From contig NC_068982.1 in assembly GCF_001194135.2 (NCBI RefSeq), forward strand, positions 41,100,859 to 41,164,858: DNA of 64,000 nucleotides, given 5' to 3'. This DNA comes from Octopus bimaculoides (taxonomy: Eukaryota). Of this stretch, positions 1-10,721 are shown in pieces (position 1 is the stretch's first letter; each line of letters opens with the position of its first letter). The notes below the pieces were generated by a model, which saw nothing but the letters and a program-made list of their open reading frames with translations, made no database searches and was not told where the DNA came from. The translations under genes and the position numbers were made by a program.

Positions 1-59
1 TCTTGTACTTGATCAGTGAGAGCACTGTTAATAATATAGAGAAATTCCCTAGGACTACA

Positions 60-650
60 TGCCTAACAACATGGTTTAGGTTCAGTCCTACAACATGGCA
101 CCTTGTGCAAATGCCTTCTACTGTAACTTTGGCCCAACCAAAGACTTGTGAGAGGATTTGGTATGACAGAAACTGAAAGAAGGCAGCAAGCTGGCAGAAA
201 TGTTAGCACACCGGGCGAAATGCTTAGCGGTATTTCGTCTGCCGCTACATTCTGAGTTCAAATTCCGCCGAGGTCGACTTTGCCTTTCATCCTTTCGGGG
301 TCGATAAATTAAGTACCAGTTATGCACTGGGGTCGATGTAATCAACTTAATCCCTTTGTCTGTCCTTGTTTGTCCCCTCTATGTTTAGCCCCTTGTAGGC
401 AATAAAGAAATAAGAAACTGAAAGAAGCCCATGATGTGTATGTGTTACTATCTCCATACCTTGACTTTGCTTATAGTTGTAAGCAAGTATCAATGTTATG
501 CAAGCAGTGTCCTTCATTTCCAATCTCACACGGAAACAGGTGAGGGTTAGCAACAGGTAAAGCATCCAACTGTAGAAAAAGAATCTACTTCCAGAAATTC
601 TGTCTGACCCCCAAGCAAGCATGGAAAAGTGGATGTTAATACTTGATGTG
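60..650 (+). mobile_element. Composite SINE: family-A head plus G module with RTE-type tail (host of the 183-412 insertion)
   Basis: Head ggttcagtcc...ggcaccttg..caaatgccttctact...gaaactgaaagaagccc, then gtgagggttagcaacagg...gcaagcatggaaaagtggatg. Confidence 0.65.
183..412 (+). mobile_element. Young tRNA-derived SINE (family B, tail type B2) nested in a family-A SINE, with a 15-bp TSD
   Basis: A-box-like tggcagaaatgttag and B-box gagttcaaattcc. Core ctttgcctttcatcctttcggggtcgataaattaagtaccag, CpG-rich. The direct repeat agaaactgaaagaag occurs at 168-182 and 413-427. Confidence 0.85.
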
Positions 651-2705
651 AAATGTTTTTGTAGTCAGTAAACAAAATGTGTTGTCATCATTGTTTTATT
701 TTCTAGACTATATTTACTTCATCATCATTTAAGTCTGCTTTCCATGCTGGCATGGGTTGGACGGTTTGACTGGAAACTGCTAAGCTACAGGGCTGTATTG
801 AACACCAGTGTCCTCTTTGGCATGGTTTCTGTAGTTGGATGCCCTTTCTAATACCAATCATTTGACAGATAGTACTGGGTACAGTTGTTTTCTGTAATCA
901 TTTTCCAAAGGCCACGTTTAGTGAATTCTGTCCATTATTTTTGTATGCCTTGTGAAAGATAACTAGATCTACAAAATATACAAAAAAAAACAAAAAAACT
1001 TTCCACTCTATACTGATATGGAATGAATTAGTGCATTCTAGTTATTCATTAAGGTTAGATAAGATATTAAGAAAGTGATTTTTTTTTTTTTTTTTTAATA
1101 CTTTTCAGTCTGTGATCAGGATTAGAGAATTTCTCTTGACAAACCAGATTAGTACAAAGTGATATTGGCCACTTAGAATTGTATTAAGATAGCTAGGATT
1201 TAAGACAAGAATTCAGAAATACTGATGACAGTGAATTTTTCAAATCATGAACAACTTCTATTAATGTCAACGAGTAACCAGAAGCACTAAATATTTTAGG
1301 TTTGACTTATGTCATAGCGATAACTATTTCATTGTATCCATTGGTGCAGGTTATTGTTGTAGGAATCCTCTGCTCAACTTTATCTATGATAAGAGTGGCC
1401 ATAAAGCAAAGGTTGTCATTTGTCTTTAATATATATATTAAAGATAATCTCAGGTCTGCCAAAGTTTGAAATATTTCATATTTTAAATGGAACTGAACAG
1501 TAATAATAATAAAGTTGTCAGTTGGGATTTTACCTGTTGCCTCCTAGAAGTGAGTTGATATTTTGCCTTTTCTTATGGCATTTCAGGCTTTCATGTAAGA
1601 GTTTGCTTTTTGTTTTTACATGTGTGATACATATATATATATATAACTTTATTGCTTTATTTTGTTACATTTTCCTTTTATAGCTAACTACTGATACAAA
1701 TTAGTTGAGAGTCTGGTATATTTTTAATTACATGTATTTTTGTATTCTCAAAGCAGTTTTCAGCCTTACAATGTCTCATCATTTTATTTTCTACTTTTGA
1801 ATTCCGTTCTTATGAAGCTAATATTCTATTTTATCAGCAGGCTTTAGATTTAAAGAGTTTTTTTGTTGGTGTTTTTAGAGAATAAAGTACAGCACCCATC
1901 AAATGAACTGTTGGTTGGATAACCATTTTTATTGAAATCTACTGAATATTTTGGTACTTATTGCAAAATTTAAGTCCCATAGCTTTTATTTAATAATAAT
2001 TTTCTGCGTTAAATTTTTCTCAGTTCCAAAAAAAAAAAAGTATATTTGCATATCATTGAGAATCAAGTTATTTTGACATAAACTAAACAATGGACTAAGT
2101 TTTGTATAGTAGTAGCTCCCTTCTGTTACCAAAGAAAAAAGTTATCATGTCAACATTTGTACTACCTACATTACATTGCTTACTAAAAGCAGAACTAAAA
2201 TAATATAAGAGACTTTTATTGATTTGTATTTATCATTTGTTGTATCTTACTGTATTTTGTAGTATTTATGAGATTTTTAGACACATTATTCCTGAAGTAT
2301 ATTTATTTTAGTCAGTTGAGGTGTTTATTATTCACAATCTTTCTACAGAAAGCAAAAAATATTACATTGAAACATAAAATTAATTTCACAGTTTATAGCT
2401 ATAATATGGTTTTGAATTAGAAAGTGATAAACTCTTATTCTTACTTATAAAGAGAAAGAAGCAATGCTTTAGCAATACACAGATTATTCTTCAGAATTTT
2501 TTCAAAACTTTAAATTTGATGTTTTTTTCCAGATAACATTCAGTAAGACAGATTGTGTTTTACAGATGTAAATACAAACTCTGAGTGGATGTTGTGTTTT
2601 ATTTTAATTGTTATAATGATTAAATTTAACATTATTTATTGGCTTCATAGCAGTTCTACTCGACTGAGATTTAGAAGTTGTGTCAGGGGTTTATATGGAA
2701 ACATC

Positions 2706-3157
2706 ATATCATCATCATCGTTTAACATCTGCTTTCCATGCTAGCATGGGTTGGACGATTTGACTGAAGACTGGCGAACCACCAAATGGCTACACCAGGC
2801 TCCAGTCTGATTTGGCAGTTTCTACAGCTGGATGCCCTTCCTAACGCCAACCACTCCGAGAGTGTAGTGGGTGCTTTTACGAAGGCCAGTCAGGCGGTAC
2901 TGGCAATGGCCATGCTCAAAATGGTATATTTTACGTGCCACCTGTACAGGAGCCAGTCCAGCGGCACTGACAACGACCTCACTCGAATGTCTTTTTGCGT
3001 GCCACCGGCACAAGTGCCAGGAAGGTGACGCTGGTAATGATCACACTCAAATGGTGCTATTTACGTGCCACTGGCACGGAAGCCAGACAGCTGCTCTGGC
3101 AATGATCACGCTCGGACGGTGCTCTTAGCGCTCCACTGGTACAGGTGCCATCATCAT
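2706..3157 (-). mobile_element. 5'-truncated RTE-LINE 3'UTR copy with internal ~62-67 bp tandem units
   Basis: The + strand begins catcatcatcgtttaacatctgctttccatgctagcatgggttggacg, the reverse complement of the RTE tail at 48345-48394. The tttacgtgccac-type unit recurs at about 2930, 2993, 3060 and 3124. Confidence 0.75.
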
Positions 3158-3677
3158 TTCGCTTTCACTTGCCCCAACAAATTTGGAAAATAGATTAAGG
3201 AATTAACTTTCAAAATCATAAAATATACCATCATCATTTCAGATAATGACTCTGTGCCTAATAAGTTATATAGGTCAAAATAATGATTTCTTATACTGAC
3301 TCAGATCCACTAATTTGTAGGAGGGGTGAGTTATATTAAATCAAATTAACCCTGTTGTCCGTCAAGCACTTATCTAAACAACTCTGGAAGGATGAATCTG
3401 TTAGACATTTTGTATTGACTTTTAAAGATAATATATTAAATGAGGACTTTGTGTGTAATGGAGGTGATGTGATGTGAAGTGAATCTAGAGAGAAAATGTG
3501 CTTAGGAATTTAATCATTTGTGTTTTATTGTGACTACAGAGGTTTTTGCCGTGTATGTCTTGATTTTAAAATAGGTACCCACATCTCTGCATATCATAAG
3601 GGTTGGCAACAGAAAAGGCATCAAACCATAAAACACAACTGCAGAAAACCCACTTAACCCATACCAACATGGAAAAT

Positions 3678-4150
3678 CATCATCATCATTTGTCCACTAT
3701 TCCATGCTCATACATGTCTGACGGAATCTGTTGAGGCAGATTTTCCTTTGGCTGGATGCCCATTCTGTCACTAACCCTCACCTGTCTCCAAATAAGGTTT
3801 TCCTATGGCTAGACATATTTTTCATAGAATACTGGAAACAAACAACCTTTGTTTGACATTGATGCTCATCTACAACCATCTTGTGATGTCTAAGACACGA
3901 GTATGCACAAACACATACATGTGTACACACACATACACATGTGCGCACACACACACACACACACACATTCATGTGCACACATATATATGTCAAACTTCTT
4001 TGCAGTTTCTGTCTTCCAAATCCACTCACAGGACTTCATTGGGCTGAGGACTATAGTAGAAGACACTTTCCCAAGGTGTCATACTATGGGACCAGATCCA
4101 AGACGACACTGTGAGGAAGCAATCCTCTTTCTTCATAACCATGAATGCAT
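3678..4150 (-). mobile_element. Composite SINE: family-A head, (TG)n, G module, RTE-type (GAT)n tail
   Basis: Same module order as the copies at 23153-23603 and 33070-33390. Confidence 0.7.
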
Positions 4151-4658
4151 GGTTAAAAAAAAATAGTCATAAAATGATTATGATGTAACTAAGTGGGTTT
4201 GAAGACCTGGTAAGAAAAGAACTAATGGCAGAACATATTTAAAAACTAGGCAGTAGTAGTAATCAGTGTAGTGAAAAAATATTCCAGTTAGGATCTTTTT
4301 GTATGTTTTTGTTGGTGGGGACACTTTACTAGCTTTTCTCCTCCCCTACTCTCAGAGACATTCAGTCTAACCATCATAAGCACTAGTAAATCAAAGACTA
4401 GTACTCTATCCAAGTAAAGAGTTCTCTCTCAGCTGCTTCCATTCCATGAAACTAGACCTGAGCACCAATCCTTAAAATTCCCTTAGGAATTAAGATATAT
4501 ACCTCTGCTTTTCTACAACTACCTTTCTAGATGCCAAGCCTGTATAAACAAGCAGTCAATCCTGCTGCACCTTAATATTTTTCATAAACATTCCGTGACT
4601 ATATTTTCAAATTCCAACTATTTCTGATTTTCAGGTACATGATGACTCAATATTCTGC

Positions 4659-4736
<78 letters not shown>

Positions 4737-4810
4737 ACGTATGTGTGTGTGTGCACGTGTGTGTGTGTGTGCACGTGTGTGTGTGTGTGCACGTGTGTGT
4801 GTGTGTGTGT
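4659..4810. repeat. (GT)n microsatellite interrupted by GCAC at intervals of mostly ~18 bp
   Basis: Seen directly as gtgtgtgtgtgtgcacgt units. It explains the HTHT/VCVC pseudo-ORFs. Confidence 0.95.
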
Positions 4811-4876
4811 AATACACATATATCATTGTAAGCCAGTGAAGGGACTCATATGTATCCTCTTGACTTGCTAGAAATA

Positions 4877-5040
4877 GCAACCAGATTTCCTCAGTCTTAG
4901 ATATACAAAAAACAGGATGGTTACAGCTAAAATACTTTTGATATATACATCTCATCAATTAGTGAGATGTATATATCAAAAGTATTTTAGTTGTAACCAT
5001 CCTGTTTTTTGTATATCTAAGACTGAGGAAATCTGGTTGC
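4877..5040. repeat. Near-perfect inverted repeat: 78-bp arms, 8-nt loop
   Basis: 4877-4954 is the reverse complement of 4963-5040 at 77 of 78 positions, checked base by base. The only mismatch is G4926/T4991. The loop is tcaattag. Confidence 0.97.
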
Positions 5041-7734
5041 GATATATAAATATTATACTTCCACTCCTACACAATGCAAATTAGATTCGGCAACATGTAC
5101 ACTTTGGTCTGGAAAATTATTTCTATGAACATAGAGAGAAAAAAGGGTACTCTGAACATTGTTGCCACCGCTTCTTTACAAACAACGTACTTACTGCCCT
5201 CAGCATACCATGTCATATCCCCACCAACTTAGTGAAATAATTTGACATCATATCTCATTGCACACACAAAATAGGAAAGAAAAGAAAACAAAAAAAGTTG
5301 AGTACCTGATATGCAATTAATGACATAATGTCATTAAAATATATGAGGTTTAAATATAAAAAAAAGTTGAAAAGATTTCCTACTGTAGGCACAAGGACTG
5401 GAATTTTAGGGAAAGGGGCTAACCAATTACATCAACTCCAGTGCTCAACTGATACTTATTTTATCAACCCTGAAAAGATGAAAGATAAAGTCAACTTTGG
5501 TGGCGTTTGAACTCAGAACATAAGGATTCTGCCAGCTCACCACCTTCCTCATCGATATAATATTAGAGGTTATTATAATATAGCATAGCTGTTAATCTGT
5601 CTAAAACAATACTGTCATGCTCTGCCTGGCTATGCATACATGTTTTCATAGTTAAAATTACTTTTTAGTCCATATGGACAAAGATTATGAATTGGTCAAT
5701 CCTCAGCAGAAGTATTAAGGCCACTCCCTCTGGTGAAGAGGATTAGACTGCAAGAGTCATGTACCAGCGCCACATTAAAATCACCCAGCATACACTGTTA
5801 AGTAGTTGGTGTTAGGAAGGGCATCTGGATGTAGAAACCAAGCCAGATCAGACTAGAACCTGGTCTAGCTCTCCAGCTTGTCAGCTCTGGTCAAACCATC
5901 CAACCCATGCTATCATAGAAAATGGACATTAAAGGATGATGATTATGATGATAGGCAGCAACCAATCCTTTATAGCACCCTATGTTGCAGATTCCTTCTC
6001 TGTAATGATGGTGTAGTCCAAAAGATGGGTAACTACAAATACAACTCAAGACTTGTTAAAATGGTGTTGCTGTTTACCTCCAGATCAGCCCTGGTTGAGT
6101 AAATTTATAATCAAAAACATCCTATCGTTTTTCCTTTTTGACTCAATATATCAAGGACTACATTAATCCATTGGAACCTATTTTTTAAGATGGTAAGGTG
6201 TGATATGATATGAGGGAGATTTGGTTTGCCCTTTTTATTATTATTATTTTTTTTTTTTTGTTATATAAGTAATTTCTTGGTTTCCTTATTTCTAAAAGTG
6301 ATTTTGAAAAGTGTTGGAGTGATTTAGATTTAAGGTGTCAACTATATTCATTAATCAGGGTCATAGTCTTCCTCCTCTCATGAGAAAGGTGATGTTTGAG
6401 GCTAGATATTGAAATGGTATCTCACACAAGAAGTGCTGAGCTCAGTTCTGCAAGCTAATAATCCACATGTCAGTTTTATAGGACTGCCATTGCTTACAGT
6501 TGCAAATTATTCTTACCCTACAATTACTATTTTCAGCTAGGTGGGCTGGATTATTTACAAGTTAAAGTTAGTAACTATTACAAACTACTGAACTCCCATT
6601 ACTCATCTATATTCTCATTAAGCAACAACTATAAAAATATTGACTAAAATATTAATGTAACATAATCTTGCTGCCTCTCCGGTACATTAAAGTTCCATGA
6701 CTGCATAATTCTGGGTTTTGTTATAAAAGACTTTCAAAGACTCTTTAAATTCTCATTGACATATATTGCTTTTTCTGTCTTTTGTTTTAAATTATTTGGT
6801 GTTTTTAGAATCAATTTATTCTTGTTACCAGATTGAAAGATACAGCTGTCACTATCAGATAATTTCATTACATTTTATAATTTTGTTATTCTTGGTTACA
6901 TTCTGTCAGCTGTTATTGAACAGTGCATTGGCATGGAAATAGTCAACGAATGCTTAGCATGACCTACACACCAGACATCCTGTGGCTTTGTCTAACAGAA
7001 AACTGCACTGCACATGCTGAAATTGTCTGAGATATTGTCAATTGCTCAAGGATGAATGCATTCCATGTACATGCTTGATATTTGTTTATATTTTGGGGTT
7101 CAAAAAGGTTCAACTAAAGCTAAATGGTTTTCATAGTCACAGTTTACTATCAGTAGTATTCCTTTCCTAAATAAACAATCCATTGGCACTATCTGATCTA
7201 ATGACTTTTATGTCTCTTGTCCAGTTATTCTAACTATTCAGTACTTTCTCAGTATTTTCTTTTTGTCTTATATTATTGCCTGTACTATTGCTATTAGTTG
7301 TACATACACATTGGAAACTATCTGAGTCTATTTTTTCTGTCCGAAAGGGTTTTGCAACCTACTATTTACTCGCCATTATTTATAACATTTATGCTTCAAG
7401 ACCCAATTCCAAAATTGAATTATTTCATACATATATATATATATAACTTTCTCTAGTTAGTAAAATGGACAAAGCTTCTTCCAAGCTTCAACCAATACCT
7501 CCTAGAAAGGGTGTTGTATGGCTGTGCCATCAACTATGTAAATGTATATTTATAAGTTAAAAAGTATATAATAAAGAGGGTCAATTGCATTTTTGTACCT
7601 GACCCTCCGACCAATAACTGACGAGGATTTGGTGACCTTCTATGTCTGTTTTTTGTTTGTTTGTGCATTTATTGTATGTTTCTTAACTTATTGTTTAATG
7701 GAACGCCACATACTCGTATCTTGTTTACAGTAAG

Positions 7735-7776
<42 letters not shown>

Positions 7777-7949
7777 TCCATAAATGTGTCTGTATAAGAA
7801 TTGAACATAAAATAGTAAGATCTGAGGACCCTAGTGATGTTTCACTTCAGCAAGAAGTAATTCAAATAATAAAGCAGTGGTATAAATGTGATGGGGATAC
7901 TCAGAGTTGGCTACAAATGTAATTGTGTCCGTACAGCTGATCGTACATG

Positions 7950-8480
7950 TTTGTATCTATATAGGATTTTCCATAATTGTATGTCTCCATGTAGAATTGA
8001 CCATAAATGTATGCATCTATGTAGATGAAAGTGCATTGCTCAGTGGCTAGAGTGTTGTGAAGTGGTTTGCTCAACGACACATCACATCGCCCAATCCAGG
8101 AATTGAAACTACAATCATACGATCATGAGTCCAGCACTCTAACCACTAAACCAAACACCTCCAAATGTTTCTATATAGGGTTAACCAAAAATGTATGCTT
8201 CTCTGTAGGGTTACTATAAACGTTAGTGTCAATGTAGTGTTGAACATTAAAAAATGTTTTTATGTGTATATGTCTATATTGGATTGACCATGAATGTATG
8301 TATCTATGTAGGGTTAACTATAAATGTATGCATGTATGTAAGGACTGACTGTAAATATACTATCTATATAGAGCATACTATCAATGTGTTTATTTAGTGG
8401 TGGCAAATGTTTATGTTGAGTTAACCACAAATGTGTTTATGTTCATGTAGTGTTGACCATGGATGTGTTTTATGTACAAG
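7950..8480. repeat. Degenerate ~30-bp minisatellite interrupted by a SINE fragment at ~8030-8160
   Basis: A unit like atctatgtagggttgaccataaatgtatgc recurs at about 7955, 7985, 8015, 8170, 8270 and 8302, with more decayed copies further on. Confidence 0.7.
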
Positions 8481-10623
8481 AATCTCTAAGACTAATTATT
8501 CTAAAAAGAGGGGTGTATTTATCCTTAACTCCAGTTAAGCCCCTGTAGACTAATAGCTTGTACATTTATTTCAATGTTTACAATCCATTTATTCATTAAA
8601 GAGCAGCACTCCAGTAGTCTTTGTTGTGAAGCTGACTGATGTATGAACATGTGAAAAGAGAGAGAGACCTTCTAAAACATAAAGGTATTTACATCAGAAG
8701 TGTGTATACCCTCAAAAGATGGTGGACATCAGTTAATAATGTTGAGTGTTCCCTGTTGGTTCAGTGCGTAAAAGTGAAGGGCACAGCATGTGAACAGTGG
8801 AATACTAAATTAAACGAGGAAGAACCTGACAGAGTTTGGGGGGGGGGACGGACCTAGAGTCTACATATTATTCTGGCTATGTATCTAGAAAGTTGAACAG
8901 GCAAAATTCCTGACTGTATTAAAGAAGTAGGATAAAAAGAGTGAAGTATTTAGGTTAACAATAAGAATAAAGCAGAATGTCAAGTGTGCGTGTGTGTGTG
9001 TGTGTCTGTCTGTGTATGAGTGTGTATCAGTGTGGTGCAGAGGGTGGCTTTTAGTGACAACTAGAAAAAAATATAAAGTTACATGAAAGTACTACTATTA
9101 ACATATGTTAAGTAGCAAGATTTCTATTTCATGTTGTCTTCATTGAAAGACTAACCAGGCATAAAAGAACATGAATGAAGGAAATTGGAAGAAGGTAATA
9201 AGTCATGGATGTAACCAATGTTAAATGCTTCCGCTTCATTATAGCAGAGTTAACCACATTTTAGTTAAGTATATGCTTATCCTATAACTAACACTATATC
9301 TCATGACTGATACTAGTAAAATGGCTACAGTTGTGTGAGTGATCTGTAGTCATTTTTAAAATAGTCTACATTAAATATTACTGAAGTAATGCAAGCTAAT
9401 AGTCTTGATCGGTAAAGTAATATGTGCAATATTTATATTTAAAATATATGAAGGAAATTAGTTGATTGTATTTTTTCCACCGCATTATAAATTCTTCTTG
9501 TCTAAGCTAGAACAGAAAATCTGCTTTCAAAACAGGTAACTAGGTGGAAAATGTAAAATTAGTTGTGGATTAATAATGTCCAATATAATCTATTAAAACA
9601 TTGTTTTGTTTCCTCTATACAGGAACGCGATCAACTAGAAATCAAATAATGAGCACGTATATATAAATAGATTTTGCACCAGCTATTAATAGAACATATT
9701 CTAGTCAGTATTGAAATAGATTCAGAAAATTTTTGATTAGAAATCTGTGTAAATTGCCAGGAATTATTTAATCCTGGAAACTTCATAGAGCTCTAAAAGA
9801 AAGAATAAATGACTAATTTAAACTATTTTAAACTATTTCAAAGATACATCAACCAAAATTGACTAATTTATTCATGTTGTCATGGATATCTAAATGTATG
9901 CAATTTGTTATGAAATTTCTTTTGTTTTTATATTTATTAAAAATGACCAGATGTTATGTAAAATAATTAAGCTCCCATCTCAAAAGTCTTGAGTTTAAAC
10001 TTGCTGCAGGTGCTTTACTGTGCATTTGAGAACAGATAGCAGATTGTTGAGGGGTGTTACCCAAAATAGACCAGTGTTCTATCCTATCCTATTTATTTCT
10101 CCAGTTCATGCTAAGAAACTGCAGTTAAGCATCAATATGATAAAGGCCACTTTGGCTTAGTGGACTTGTACATTTTGTGTGTGTGATAGAACTCATTATA
10201 CAGCATAACTAGTCTCTTAGTGTGCTACATTAAATTGATTGTCTTTCATTAATCATTAGCATCATTTTATCACACAACATAATGACCAAGATGATACTTC
10301 TGTTACTAGATAAATTTGAGGTGAAAGCATGTTATCTAGATCTCTTGCTGACAGAAATTGCCAGTCAATAAGTATTAAGCAGATGGTATTCTGAGCTGGA
10401 ACACTTCATACTTCTTATTGCATTTGCTAATAGAACTTTGTCATTTACTTGAATGAAGCATTGCCATTTCAATATAGCAATAGGAAGGTAATTAAAACCA
10501 CTTAATGTAAAATTGAAGAAGAAATAATTTATTCAATATTTCAGTTTTAATTGGCTCTAATTGGGTACTAAAATGTTCGAAATGGAAAGCAAAACTGTGA
10601 ACTAGAAGAAAATAATAATGGCA

Positions 10624-10721
10624 AGTGCAGAGATGTACAGTGCAGAGATGTACAGTGCAGAGATGTACAGTGCAGAGATGTACAGTGCAGAGATGTACAG
10701 TGCAGAGATGTACAGTGCAGA
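10624..10721. repeat. Perfect 15-bp minisatellite (agtgcagagatgtac) x6.5
   Basis: Six identical units plus the partial unit agtgcaga. Confidence 0.97.

Noticed and set aside
183-270. tRNA gene
   Set aside because: A- and B-box-like motifs are present, but they run into SINE core and tail sequence, occur in many diverged copies and show no convincing cloverleaf. These are SINE heads.
4631-4958. ORFs rich in HT/VC/YI/poly-I/poly-L/SL (also ~30.0-30.4 kb, 32.1-32.5 kb, 39.9-40.5 kb, 56.2-56.5 kb)
   Set aside because: They are translations of microsatellites, which lack stop codons in some frames. They have no coding signature.
7590-7730. Possible alternative promoter or 5'UTR exon (CCAAT-like gaccaataa, several CpGs, ca|gtaaga donor)
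   Set aside because: Such short motifs are common by chance, and I cannot support this without CAGE or ATAC data.
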